Shown here one piece after another: positions 29,609 through 38,620 of a stretch of DNA of 64,000 nucleotides (its first letter is position 1; every line of letters starts with the position of its first letter). The stretch is from a virus. Location: IMG/VR virus record IMGVR_UViG_3300021437_000001, positions 53,955 to 117,954 of that record, one strand, 5' to 3'. The notes under the pieces were generated by a model that was not told the DNA's origin, made no database searches, and saw nothing but the letters and a program-made list of their open reading frames with translations. A program made the position numbers and the translations under genes.

Positions 29609-29925
29609 TGATTTATTGATTGATCTAGCAATTTTTTTAAAGCCTCTCGACCTTCTGCCATTGCTGCCAAGCTGACCGTGTTGTCTGGCGTATGCTCTCT
29701 CAATAGATTAAACATACGATCATACTCAGTAAACACTTCGGCCTTGCTAGTCACTAGCTGACCGATACTGTAAAGCACGGACAATTGAGCATCGGTTAGC
29801 ATTTTGAAACGCATGACTGTCATCCTATCGTCAATCTCTGAGTTATCCACGATAAGCGCATACTGTATCGTATTGATAAATGCCCTAGCCATGACTGCGT
29901 TAATATTAAGTTTTTCCATATTCAC
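29605..29925 (-). CDS. Hypothetical protein
   Basis: Lies between rIIA and rIIB; SD AAGGAG. Confidence 0.55.
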   Translation of the reverse strand: MNMEKLNINAVMARAFINTIQYALIVDNSEIDDRMTVMRFKMLTDAQLSVLYSIGQLVTSKAEVFTEYDRMFNLLREHTPDNTVSLAAMAEGREALKKLLDQSINH

Positions 29926-29928
29926 TCC

Positions 29929-31986
29929 TTATTTATTGTTTAGATACCATGTCATTTCACGTCTACATTCTGCATCTGAGTAACGGTCCATGTGTTTCAA
30001 CAATGGATATTTATCGTTAACTAACGCTTTCATTTCGGCGTCTTGTTCTAAAAACTTCACATACTCAGCATCATCTTTGAACCTTGTTACTAATACCGGA
30101 GGCACGTCCCTACCTTTATAAGCCTTGTTCATCATCTTGTATTGATCGACCATTTTAGTCAACTTTTTATTTTTAATGCCCTCAAGTTGAGACAGTTTCT
30201 CAATGATGTGTAAGTTTAAAGCCTTAGCACGCATCATTCTGAGACGTATGTCTTCGGTGATAGTGATTTGATCTGCCCAATCTTTATACAGAGTGAAGCC
30301 TTTTTCACCTTGTACGATTTCAAATGTTTCTTTCGAGACCGCAATAAAGATCGGCTTTTTGTTTTTTGCGTCGTGTCGTGAACCACCAAATTCTCGAATC
30401 ATTGTGTTCATTGATTCTTTTTTGTCTTGCCAGTCTGACAGTAAACAGTAAATATATTCTCGACCGCTTGCAGACATTGCCGATGCAGTTTCGGCGTTCG
30501 TGTCTCGACCGTAACCATTCAAGTAATGGATATTTTGTTGACTCGCAAGCTTGGCCGCCTTGATTGCTTTTGGTGTTCGTGGAGGCAAAACAAAAGTAAT
30601 GGCATGAAAGTCGTGAAACTTTCCTAAGATGTCTTGAAGGTCTTTCAAGGCCTTAGTTGGTGCCACGTCAAACTTTAATTGAGTGACTGTGCCTAGGCTA
30701 TCCGTTGTCGTGGTAGGTCTTGCTCGAATGATATACATATCTTTATTTGCACTAAGCACAGACTTGATTCGACGATTCATTGTCACTATCGACTCATCTT
30801 GATTGATCAAGTAGATGTTATGCAAATGATCAAATGGAATTCCCTTCACATTTGAGTCTTTGATCTTGTCACCACGCATTGTGTACTGGCGAAAAGTAAC
30901 AGAGCCAAGTAAGTTTGTATATAAATATTGACCGTCAAAACGAAAACCTTTGTATTCGTTATTTTGCATTACAAAATATTTGTACATACTGTGATAAACA
31001 GTGACGAATTCTTTGACAGTAGAGATTGCATTGATCTTTGCATTGACATGGTTTTTCACGTCAGTTAGAAGTTTAGTGCCGATCTTTGCAAGACCTTTGC
31101 GAGTAAAATCAGAATCATCAAGTTTTTCACGACTTGCGGAAACTTGCACAAGTCCATTAGGAATTCTGATCACCATGTAACCTGCTAATTCCTTGCGTAG
31201 GTTTTCCATTGGCGCTACTTTCTCTAATAGGTCAGAAGGTAGGGCATAAGGAATGCCGTCGATAACTAATAGACCTGAACGATTGTAGCCACTTGTAAGA
31301 TAACTAGGTAAAAAATCACTGCTATTAGTAATTAACAAAGGGCCAACTTCATAGCCTCGTAGCATAGAATCTAATGTCAAATTCTTTACCACTGGCATTT
31401 CTTCTTGTGTCCAAAAGTAACAGGCACGCTTGATCGAGTTACAAAATTCTGTAACATCTCTAGGATTGACTGCAATCTGTATTTCGCAGCCATTAGGCTG
31501 ATCAGTTTGAACTGTTTCGATTAAGTCCAATTGACCAACATTTGATGAGCCGACGTGCGCATTGTAGGTGCGACGTGTGCCGTTGACTGTGGATTGAATG
31601 ATAAAACCGTCTGCATAAGACCAAGCAGACTTAGCGCCAATGCCGAAGCCGCCTGTCTGTGTATTGTTTGTGCGCTTAGTAGAGGCACCATAAAGCACGA
31701 ACACATTAGCCATTCTGTCTGGACTAATACCAGGACCAAAGTCTCGAACTTTAAATGTTGGCTCAAGTTGAGTCGGCGCAACAACTTCGATGCGTCGAGT
31801 CTGTCCGATTTCACGATGTGCGTCACGAGCATTGCTCATGTATTCTTGTACAAGTGTGCGAATTTTATGCTCATATAAACGATTGCGAAGAATCTCAATA
31901 ACGACCGAAGGATCACCGATGCCAAATGATTGAGATTGAACGTCTTGATTTGATTCGTACTTGTTATTATGTCCAGCGATTCTCAT
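29929..31986 (-). CDS. rIIA: rIIA-like protein (GHKL/Hsp90-like ATPase N-terminus)
   Basis: LYEHK...VQEYMSNARDAH, VRDFGPGIS, YGASTK, GGFGIGAKS, ASREKL; upstream of rIIB. Confidence 0.88.
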   Translation of the reverse strand: MRIAGHNNKYESNQDVQSQSFGIGDPSVVIEILRNRLYEHKIRTLVQEYMSNARDAHREIGQTRRIEVVAPTQLEPTFKVRDFGPGISPDRMANVFVLYGASTKRTNNTQTGGFGIGAKSAWSYADGFIIQSTVNGTRRTYNAHVGSSNVGQLDLIETVQTDQPNGCEIQIAVNPRDVTEFCNSIKRACYFWTQEEMPVVKNLTLDSMLRGYEVGPLLITNSSDFLPSYLTSGYNRSGLLVIDGIPYALPSDLLEKVAPMENLRKELAGYMVIRIPNGLVQVSASREKLDDSDFTRKGLAKIGTKLLTDVKNHVNAKINAISTVKEFVTVYHSMYKYFVMQNNEYKGFRFDGQYLYTNLLGSVTFRQYTMRGDKIKDSNVKGIPFDHLHNIYLINQDESIVTMNRRIKSVLSANKDMYIIRARPTTTTDSLGTVTQLKFDVAPTKALKDLQDILGKFHDFHAITFVLPPRTPKAIKAAKLASQQNIHYLNGYGRDTNAETASAMSASGREYIYCLLSDWQDKKESMNTMIREFGGSRHDAKNKKPIFIAVSKETFEIVQGEKGFTLYKDWADQITITEDIRLRMMRAKALNLHIIEKLSQLEGIKNKKLTKMVDQYKMMNKAYKGRDVPPVLVTRFKDDAEYVKFLEQDAEMKALVNDKYPLLKHMDRYSDAECRREMTWYLNNK

Positions 31987-32032
31987 TGTGTTACTCCTTT
32001 GCTTGGCTTCATTGCCTTGCTTTCATATAATA

Positions 32033-32061
32033 CTTATCGGCAGGTTTTCAAAAAACTTTAG
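32033..32061 (-). promoter_or_regulatory. Sigma-28-type promoter for rIIA
   Basis: TAAAGTTT-N11-GCCGATAA (perfect consensus). Confidence 0.9.
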
Positions 32062-32063
32062 AA

Positions 32064-32342
32064 CTATTTTGAATTTCTTTTTTTATACTCTGACATATAA
32101 GACTCTTCCTTAGCGATTCGAGCCGCTTGCTCTTCATCCGTCTCATCTCGATAAGAATTCCAGCAAACATAAATATCTTGAGAAAAATTTGTATCTTCTG
32201 CCACAAAAACAAAAGTATTATGGCCCACAATTTCTTGTAACTGTTCAATATTAATTGCTTTATCTGGCAAAAGGGCTTTATGACTGGTCTGTACTTTTTG
32301 TTTTTCATAATTAATTTTAATAGCGTATGCGTATGCTGGCAT
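32064..32342 (-). CDS. Hypothetical protein
   Basis: Own promoter and SD AAGGAG. Confidence 0.6.
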   Translation of the reverse strand: MPAYAYAIKINYEKQKVQTSHKALLPDKAINIEQLQEIVGHNTFVFVAEDTNFSQDIYVCWNSYRDETDEEQAARIAKEESYMSEYKKRNSK

Positions 32343-32362
32343 TAAAATCTCCTTGTTTAATA

Positions 32363-32391
32363 CTTATCGGCAGAATTTTAAAAAACTTTAG
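32363..32391 (-). promoter_or_regulatory. Sigma-28-type promoter
   Basis: TAAAGTTT-N11-GCCGATAA (perfect consensus). Confidence 0.9.
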
Positions 32392-33164
32392 TCTTTTTTA
32401 ATAAATTTTTGTATATCGTCCATTGATATAAGTCCCATAGGTGCCAAGCCATTATTTACACTCTTCAATTCAAAAAAGAAGTCTGGCTGTTCACCGAAGG
32501 CTTTAAATTCAAAACCGACTTGCGTCACATGGCCCACGGGTTTAGTCAAAAAATAAGCGGCATCATACCAAGACCGCAAGTCTGAACTGCCTCGGATATT
32601 GTCTGCGGCATTCTTAGACTTTGACGTCTTATTGTGATGCACAAGCATGATCGCCGTGCCACTGTCCCGCTGTAAGTGTCTCAATTTGGTAAGTATCTTA
32701 CTCATTTGAGACGTGCTACCTTCGGCAGTGTTCGGAATGAGACGCACCAATGGGTCCATAATGATAAGCAATGGCCTCTCTTCAGTCACTTGCTTTCGCA
32801 ATGCCTCAAAATGCTCATCGTTATCTAGTGCGAAGTTTTGCCCTGCCACGATTGACACGTTTTGTCGTAGGTCTCGCATTGAGGCTTGTTTTGCTCTGCA
32901 AATTTGCTCTAGACGTTCTTTGATAATTGCACCGCTATCCTCGCCTTGTATCATCATGACTCTGCCTTGTTTCAATACGTTATACATTCCAAAACATTTT
33001 TCACCTGTGGCAATACTGACCAACAATTCACCAGCAAGCCAAGACTTTCTCGTTTTGGGATCACCTGCCACAAGACACGTTGACGACTCTGGTAGTAGTC
33101 TCTCAATGAGCCATGATGTGTTGCCTTTATCATCTAGTTGATCAATTGATTCAAACTTAAACAT
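32388..33164 (-). CDS. RecA-fold ATPase/helicase (AAA_25, RepA-like)
   Basis: WLIERLLP, GDPKTRKS, QGED, IIMDP, LVHH, IRGSS. Confidence 0.8.
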   Translation of the reverse strand: MFKFESIDQLDDKGNTSWLIERLLPESSTCLVAGDPKTRKSWLAGELLVSIATGEKCFGMYNVLKQGRVMMIQGEDSGAIIKERLEQICRAKQASMRDLRQNVSIVAGQNFALDNDEHFEALRKQVTEERPLLIIMDPLVRLIPNTAEGSTSQMSKILTKLRHLQRDSGTAIMLVHHNKTSKSKNAADNIRGSSDLRSWYDAAYFLTKPVGHVTQVGFEFKAFGEQPDFFFELKSVNNGLAPMGLISMDDIQKFIKKD

Positions 33165-33187
33165 TTGGCCCTTGCCTTTCTCCTATC

Positions 33188-33217
33188 CTTATCGGTAGGT
33201 ATATTGAAAAACTTTAG
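33188..33217 (-). promoter_or_regulatory. Sigma-28-type promoter
   Basis: TAAAGTTT-N12-ACCGATAA. Confidence 0.75.
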
Positions 33218-33253
33218 CAAAATAGTCAACTATTACAATAAAAAAATGTCTAC

Positions 33254-33475
33254 CTAGTTGAACTGAGACGTCTCAGGTAGATACATTTCATTGAGTTGAT
33301 CAAGTAAAATGCTAGCGTACACCTCGGGTGTATTGATATGAGACGGTAGGTTCGTGATTAGTACCACGAACCCAGACGCCTCGAGTGTTTCAATCCAGGA
33401 CATTGCCTCATCATCTAATTCATTGACAAGACGTTCTGCTGTAGCATATTGAGATTTACCTTTGATTAGTATCAT
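33254..33475 (-). CDS. Hypothetical early protein
   Basis: Coupled to the upstream ORF. Confidence 0.5.
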   Translation of the reverse strand: MILIKGKSQYATAERLVNELDDEAMSWIETLEASGFVVLITNLPSHINTPEVYASILLDQLNEMYLPETSQFN

Positions 33476-33666
33476 TTTGACTCCAATTTTTGGTTTATTA
33501 ATTCTTGCAATCCTCGTGCCGATACCATTAATGAATGAATTTCTAACATTAAGACGCCACAAACTAACGGCATATCAGATTGATTCAAGTGGCCGTGTCT
33601 CTCCATTTGAGACACTAATGCCTTGAGTTTGTTTGCTCTGTCAATCATAAACTGAACCTGTTCCAT
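33472..33666 (-). CDS. Hypothetical early protein
   Basis: SD AGGAG; coupled. Confidence 0.55.
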   Translation of the reverse strand: MEQVQFMIDRANKLKALVSQMERHGHLNQSDMPLVCGVLMLEIHSLMVSARGLQELINQKLESK

Positions 33667-33968
33667 TATGAGACTCCTAGGAATTTGTAGCGTTTTGTTA
33701 CGACGTGTACTGTATTAAATTGAGACGTGTTGACTATTTCTCCAGTCTCGACGTTCAATAGTTCAAAACTTGAGTCTGAAATCAGTACCTCAGTGACGTC
33801 TTGACTTAGTCGGTAGCATCCTATCTTTTTGCCCTCTGAGTACTTGCGGACCCATGCGGTAGCATCGGCGAAAGTGTCAAGCGGTGTCGATAAGTCTCGA
33901 CCGTTTTGCGTGACCATGTACCAAGACCGTTGACCAAGGGTATGTCTTAAAATGAAACACTTATCCAT
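33666..33968 (-). CDS. Hypothetical early protein
   Basis: Coupled ORF. Confidence 0.55.
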   Translation of the reverse strand: MDKCFILRHTLGQRSWYMVTQNGRDLSTPLDTFADATAWVRKYSEGKKIGCYRLSQDVTEVLISDSSFELLNVETGEIVNTSQFNTVHVVTKRYKFLGVS

Positions 33969-34191
33969 TTGACACCTTCTTGTTTCGTTTTGATACAGGT
34001 AGGTTTCGAGACTCTTTCAAGGCTTGCTGCGCATCTTGAATCATGCTTTCGACTGCGGTCAATGTAACTTTTGCGCCGTGAGCCTTAACAACGGCTAGCA
34101 AAACTTGTGCCAAATTCATTATTAACACCGTGTCCTCATTGAAGACAGGATTAGGTTGTTTCAATTTGATAACTTTCGCATTCTGTTCCAT
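33961..34191 (-). CDS. Hypothetical early protein
   Basis: Sigma-28 promoter and SD AAAGGAG. Confidence 0.6.
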   Translation of the reverse strand: MEQNAKVIKLKQPNPVFNEDTVLIMNLAQVLLAVVKAHGAKVTLTAVESMIQDAQQALKESRNLPVSKRNKKVSNG

Positions 34192-34222
34192 TTTGATACT
34201 CCTTTGTTTAGTGTTCGTTTTT

Positions 34223-34252
34223 CTTATCGGACGATTGAGTCAAAAACTTAAG
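34223..34252 (-). promoter_or_regulatory. Sigma-28-type promoter
   Basis: TTAAGTTT-N12-TCCGATAA. Confidence 0.7.
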
Positions 34253-34270
34253 AACTATTTTTGTCTCAAA

Positions 34271-34873
34271 TTAGCACGCTCCCCAGCCAGCAAGCATCGT
34301 CTCAAATTGAGACTCTTTTTTGATTGCTTTTTCACGTTCAATTTTTATTTTTGCGTCAAGTTTTGCCTTGACCGTTGCAATTTTTGTCTTGAGGCTTGCA
34401 ATCCTTTTTTGCAAGCCTTGCGGTCTCAAGTCACCTTGACAGACTGGACATTTTGCGGACTGATAGACTTTCAAGGCAAGCAATCGAGACTTGCAAGCGC
34501 CGCAAGTGTGAAAGGCTTTCGACCGTGTCAACGGCTTGCTTTCAAGGTCACGCAATTGCGTCGATAGCGCCTTGACTCGGTCTTGCAATTTTGACAGTGA
34601 CTTGCTTTCGATAGTCACCTCACAAAAATAAACAGCCACAACGGTGTCCCATTTTGAGGCATTTTTCAAACAAAAATCATGTGCCTCATTATAAGACGTA
34701 AAGACTTGATCAAGTCTATAGTCTACTTTTGAGACAGTTTGAAAGTCGCCGCTATAACCGTCTTGATGTCCATTTTCGAGACGGTCTTGATCTTGTTTTG
34801 ACTTAAATAGATCATAAATCTCATTTCGAGACAACTTTCCTTTTCTAGTTGTCTCAATATTACACGCTCCCAT
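34271..34873 (-). CDS. Zinc-finger coiled-coil early protein
   Basis: GHQDGYSG motif; CGAC...CPVC; SD AAGGAG. Confidence 0.65.
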   Translation of the reverse strand: MGACNIETTRKGKLSRNEIYDLFKSKQDQDRLENGHQDGYSGDFQTVSKVDYRLDQVFTSYNEAHDFCLKNASKWDTVVAVYFCEVTIESKSLSKLQDRVKALSTQLRDLESKPLTRSKAFHTCGACKSRLLALKVYQSAKCPVCQGDLRPQGLQKRIASLKTKIATVKAKLDAKIKIEREKAIKKESQFETMLAGWGAC

Positions 34874-34915
34874 TTGACACGCTCCTTTTTGATACGTTGT
34901 TTAGTAGACGTCACG

Positions 34916-34947
34916 AAAAAGGCCCCATCTCAAAATGAGACAGGGCC
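34916..34947 (-). terminator. Intrinsic terminator whose stem contains the 15-bp palindrome
   Basis: Minus strand GGCCCTGTCTCATTTTGAGATGGGGCC-TTTTT. Confidence 0.7.
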
Positions 34948-34955
34948 ACAAAGGA

Positions 34956-35438
34956 TTACACCGCCTCATCCTGAGACGTTTTTCGGACATTTGGTTGTAT
35001 TGAATTGGGAATCTGTATTCTTTTGAGACCAGTTATTTTGCGTGCCAAAATGAGACCATCATTCCAGTCGTCTTGACGTCCGTCGCTTGCGACGTCGATA
35101 AGATCACCTAGACGATGTTTCAAAATGATAAGGCAAGCGGTCACGACTGTATCATACGGATACATATTCGTTTTGCAAAAATCTGACTCATTTTGAGACA
35201 AGTGCTCTCGCATAACGAAGTCCTCACATGAGCCGACTCGTTCTGAGCCATTCACTTTGAGACCACCATAGAGTTTTGGCTCACAATGAGCCGAAAATCC
35301 AGCGAGACCGCCAAACGTCTCAGAATAATACCGTATCGTTTTGGCACATTCATAAATCGCTTTTTGATACGCTGCCTCAGATTGAGTCGCTTTGCCTTTC
35401 GGCGCTTTTTTGAAAGTCCAGTAATGCGTATATCCCAT
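34956..35438 (-). CDS. Conserved-looking phage protein of the MGYTHYW type
   Basis: MGYTHYW...FCKT...YD..V...L...SDG pattern. Confidence 0.65.
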   Translation of the reverse strand: MGYTHYWTFKKAPKGKATQSEAAYQKAIYECAKTIRYYSETFGGLAGFSAHCEPKLYGGLKVNGSERVGSCEDFVMREHLSQNESDFCKTNMYPYDTVVTACLIILKHRLGDLIDVASDGRQDDWNDGLILARKITGLKRIQIPNSIQPNVRKTSQDEAV

Positions 35439-35504
35439 TTTGATACTCCTTTGTTTTGAGACCGTCGTCTTGACAAGTCTCGGTTTTGTTTTGCTGTCTT
35501 ATCT

Positions 35505-35533
35505 CTTATCGGTCACTTTTTTAAAAACTTGAG
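35505..35533 (-). promoter_or_regulatory. Sigma-28-type promoter
   Basis: TCAAGTTT-N11-ACCGATAA. Confidence 0.8.
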
Positions 35534-35558
35534 GCTTTCAGTCAACTTTTTTAAAAAA

Positions 35559-35846
35559 TCACGCCGCTTTAAATTGATTCAATATGTCCCAATCTGAGAC
35601 AGTTTCATTGGTATCGTCCCAAACTAAGACAGTACGTCCAGCGTGACCGTGCAATAGGATAGCGTCAACCCATGTCTCAAATTGAGTCACTGAATTGATC
35701 TTGCGAGTCGAGCCGTCCGCAAGTTTTGCGTCAACGGTCCAGCGGACTTGCGTCAAGCCTTGCGCATTGACTTGACCGCTTGCAACGTGTCCAGTGCCCG
35801 ACGTGCCTGTCAAGTCTTGCAATCGTATCAACTTAAATGTTCTCAT
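35559..35846 (-). CDS. Hypothetical early protein
   Basis: D..G.SGTG.VA.G...HGH.G.T pattern; SD AAAGGAG. Confidence 0.65.
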   Translation of the reverse strand: MRTFKLIRLQDLTGTSGTGHVASGQVNAQGLTQVRWTVDAKLADGSTRKINSVTQFETWVDAILLHGHAGRTVLVWDDTNETVSDWDILNQFKAA

Positions 35847-35932
35847 TTTGAGACTCCTTTGTTTACGTCTTGCGTCAATATTGACAGACGACGTCAAAAC
35901 AGTCAAGTAAAAAATACAGTCTCATTTTGAGA

Positions 35933-36130
35933 CTAAAGACCGTACCATGTCAAACTGAGACGGTCTTGATTTTCATTCAATCGGTCAAGTTCAAGGTCTG
36001 TCAAGTCTTGCAACGTGTCAAGATAGCTTGCGGACTGGACAAAAAAGCCGTCGCCGTCCAGTGACTCGACGCAAGCCTCAATTTTTCGACCGTCAACGGT
36101 CAAAACAAGATCTTTTTTGCGTTGTCTCAT
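35933..36130 (-). CDS. Hypothetical early protein
   Basis: Coupled to the Gp88-like gene. Confidence 0.55.
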   Translation of the reverse strand: MRQRKKDLVLTVDGRKIEACVESLDGDGFFVQSASYLDTLQDLTDLELDRLNENQDRLSLTWYGL

Positions 36131-36131
36131 A

Positions 36132-36800
36132 TTAAGCCACCTTATCCCACGTCGTGTTTTGATAGTTTTTTGCGCCGTGATAGACTAGACCGATTTTGTT
36201 TTGCTTGCCTTGCGCCGCTATCAAGTCGTCTTGCGTGCTGTCAACGTAGCCAGCCGCTTGCAATGCCTCTAGACTTTCAAACACTTTCGAGTGAAAGTCT
36301 GTCTCAATTTGAATCAAGTCGTCTTGTTTGCCACCGAAGGAAAAAATGACTCGGAATGAGACAGGCAAGTTTTTATAGGACTGTATCATTTTGACCATTT
36401 TTGAATAGGCATAAAATGAGACACGTTTTTCTGTCTCAAAATGGCGCATGATTGCAATCCATTTTTCAAAATATTCAAGGCTGTAAAAATCACCCGCATC
36501 ATGAATTCTCACTTTGAGATTTTCAACGCTTCTCTTTTTGAGCCATGTCTCAATTTCGGAAATCATTGCAGGGACAAAATTCTCACTTTGAGACAGTTCA
36601 AGTTTTGCATTATGAGCCGATACGGACGACTTGAAACGATACGTTCCAGATCGAGCGTAGCATCCTGAGACGCATGCGCTTGCCATTGGGCACGTCTTGA
36701 AACCTGTCTCAGATTGAAACGCTGGCAAGGTCCAGTTAACGACCGTTGTCCCACTTTGAGACGACTTTTTCATTTTTGCATTTTGAGTTAACAATATCAT
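36132..36800 (-). CDS. Gp88-family (radical-SAM-like) protein
   Basis: NAKMKK, TCPMASACVSGCYA, RIHDAGDFYS, FYAYSK. Confidence 0.75.
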   Translation of the reverse strand: MILLTQNAKMKKSSQSGTTVVNWTLPAFQSETGFKTCPMASACVSGCYARSGTYRFKSSVSAHNAKLELSQSENFVPAMISEIETWLKKRSVENLKVRIHDAGDFYSLEYFEKWIAIMRHFETEKRVSFYAYSKMVKMIQSYKNLPVSFRVIFSFGGKQDDLIQIETDFHSKVFESLEALQAAGYVDSTQDDLIAAQGKQNKIGLVYHGAKNYQNTTWDKVA

Positions 36801-36846
36801 TTTGATACTCCTTTGTTTTGCAAGCCGTCTTGACTTGCTTGACTAT

Positions 36847-36875
36847 CTTATCGGTCACTTTTTTAAAAACTTGAG
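36847..36875 (-). promoter_or_regulatory. Sigma-28-type promoter
   Basis: TCAAGTTT-N11-ACCGATAA; identical to the copy at 35505. Confidence 0.8.
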
Positions 36876-36894
36876 GCCTTTTTTGCAAAAAAAT

Positions 36895-36928
36895 AAAAAA
36901 AGAGGCCGTATCAGATTGATACAGCCCC
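36895..36928 (-). terminator. Intrinsic terminator containing a palindrome variant
   Basis: Minus strand GGGGCTGTATCAATCTGATACGGCCTC-TTTTTT. Confidence 0.65.
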
Positions 36929-36941
36929 TATTCGTCTCAAA

Positions 36942-37730
36942 TTAAGCCGCTTTGATCAATTGAGTCGCAGCGTCCCATATTGAGGCGTTCAAGTCGATAG
37001 CTTTCACGCTTTCAGTCTTGATTTTGCGTGCTGTCATGTTGCGGACGTTTTGCACGCCGTTCTCATCTTGAGACACTGTTTGGTATCTCAATCCGAAACG
37101 AATAATGTTCTCTTGTATCACATTGAGACAACTAAACAAGTCATTTTTTGCGTCGTCTTGACGTCGGACTTTCAGCAAGTCCGCAATCTCAATCTTGACA
37201 ACGTTGTCAATGCCTTGCAATCGGATTGACGCAACGTCTTGCGCAAGCTTGATCAACTCACTCGGTGACACGTCACGGGCTTGCATCATTTTGACCGTAT
37301 CAACTAAAGACTCACGTTGAGCAACTAGTCTCGGAATGAGACTGTCAAGTTCTTGATACGGATTGCCTAAGTGTTTCACTTTGATTGTCTCAAAATGAGT
37401 CCCAACGTTCAATTGGTTGGCGCAAGTCCCACGGAAAAGACCTAAAACGCCTTGAAGTGAGCCGTATAAATGTGGGACTTTAAAAATGATGTCAAAACCG
37501 AGGCCGTCAATTGCAAAACCGTCTCTTGATCGGTATCTTGCAACGGTCGTTTGAAAGTCTTGACGGTCTGGACTTTTTGCCTTGCCTGTCTTAAGATGAA
37601 CTAGGTCAAAACCGTGACTGTCTAGGACTTCAGCTATCAATGCGGGCTTGATAGCTTGAAAGCGGTCTGATTTTGAAACGTGTTTTTGATCTTGCACGAA
37701 GCTAGTTGAAACTGTGTTATTTTGAGACAT
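36942..37730 (-). CDS. DUF932-like protein
   Basis: GLFR..CAN.L, KVKH, RRQDD..NDLF...NVIQENII..G, LN..IW. Confidence 0.7.
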   Translation of the reverse strand: MSQNNTVSTSFVQDQKHVSKSDRFQAIKPALIAEVLDSHGFDLVHLKTGKAKSPDRQDFQTTVARYRSRDGFAIDGLGFDIIFKVPHLYGSLQGVLGLFRGTCANQLNVGTHFETIKVKHLGNPYQELDSLIPRLVAQRESLVDTVKMMQARDVSPSELIKLAQDVASIRLQGIDNVVKIEIADLLKVRRQDDAKNDLFSCLNVIQENIIRFGLRYQTVSQDENGVQNVRNMTARKIKTESVKAIDLNASIWDAATQLIKAA

Positions 37731-37781
37731 TTTGCACTTCCTTTGTTTTAACGGTCGCATCATTGCGCCGTCGATAGTTAA

Positions 37782-37810
37782 CTTATCGGTGACTTTTTAA
37801 AAAACTTGAG
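37782..37810 (-). promoter_or_regulatory. Sigma-28-type promoter
   Basis: TCAAGTTT-N11-ACCGATAA. Confidence 0.8.
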
Positions 37811-37828
37811 GCCTTTTTTAAAAAAAAC

Positions 37829-37954
37829 TTATCTTTTTTGCATCGACTCGACAACTGTCTTAATTTGAGCCGTTGTCGGTATTGACACCATCAAGCACGC
37901 CGCCCCATAAAGATACAGTCCTAAAATGAGACTAAAAGCTATTAACTGTTTCAT
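37829..37954 (-). CDS. Small membrane peptide (41 aa)
   Basis: SD AGGAG; MKQLIAFSLILGLYLYGAAC... Confidence 0.5.
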   Translation of the reverse strand: MKQLIAFSLILGLYLYGAACLMVSIPTTAQIKTVVESMQKR

Positions 37955-37966
37955 ATTGAGATTCTC

Positions 37967-38116
37967 CTATTGTTTAGTATTTAAGTCAAGTATATTCTCA
38001 TCTTGAGACGAAAAAGACTCGACCGCTAAGTATCCCAATATGAGACACCAAGCTGTTGTGTATCCATTTGAGCCGAAAGTCAAGTAAACAAAAATAAGCA
38101 ATGAAAACTGTTTCAT
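37967..38116 (-). CDS. Small membrane peptide (49 aa)
   Basis: MKQFSLLIFVYL...; SD AAGGGG. Confidence 0.5.
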   Translation of the reverse strand: MKQFSLLIFVYLTFGSNGYTTAWCLILGYLAVESFSSQDENILDLNTKQ

Positions 38117-38132
38117 ATTGATACGCCCCTTT

Positions 38133-38402
38133 TTATTCAAAATCAGATAAGTCAAAACCCATTGAGTCAACGGCTTGCAAGACAGGCGTCTCAAAATGAG
38201 ACTCATATAGACTTATCAAGTCTTGACCTAGGTCTTGCACGGCTTGACTTTTTGACGCTTGCATTGCACGCAAGGCTTTCGACTTATAACTCATGTCACC
38301 ACCCATGCAACGGTCAAGCTGTCTCAAAGTGAGATGCTCAACGATTTCTGTCCAGATTTGAGACATTTGAGCTTGAACTTGACGATTTTTGTCTTGTCTC
38401 AT
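38133..38402 (-). CDS. Hypothetical early protein
   Basis: Coupled to the upstream small ORF. Confidence 0.6.
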   Translation of the reverse strand: MRQDKNRQVQAQMSQIWTEIVEHLTLRQLDRCMGGDMSYKSKALRAMQASKSQAVQDLGQDLISLYESHFETPVLQAVDSMGFDLSDFE

Positions 38403-38403
38403 A

Positions 38404-38565
38404 TTAAGCCGCCTTTCTCAAAACGATACATACGGTTGGATTGTTCTCAAATTGAGCCTGTTGCTTTTTGATACGTTTTGGCTTGCTTGCGCCCTCGGCG
38501 TGTCCAGCCTTAAGTTTTGTCAAAATCACGTTTTTTTGTCCAGCTATCAGTTTAGGTTGTCTCAT
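38404..38565 (-). CDS. Small basic protein (53 aa), first gene of the leading region
   Basis: SD GAAAGG; MRQPKLIAGQKNVILTKLKAG...VLRKAA*; below the ORF-track cutoff. Confidence 0.6.
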   Translation of the reverse strand: MRQPKLIAGQKNVILTKLKAGHAEGASKPKRIKKQQAQFENNPTVCIVLRKAA

Positions 38566-38602
38566 TTTGAAGCCTTTCGTTTCGGGTTGATACTTAACTA
38601 TC

Positions 38603-38620
38603 TTGCACGCCGCATGCCAA
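38603..38620 (-). promoter_or_regulatory. Sigma-54 (-24/-12) type promoter
   Basis: Minus strand TTGGCATGCGGCGTGCAA (GG-N10-GC), about 40 nt upstream of the first leading-region ORF; IHF-like site at about 38623-38644. Confidence 0.65.
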
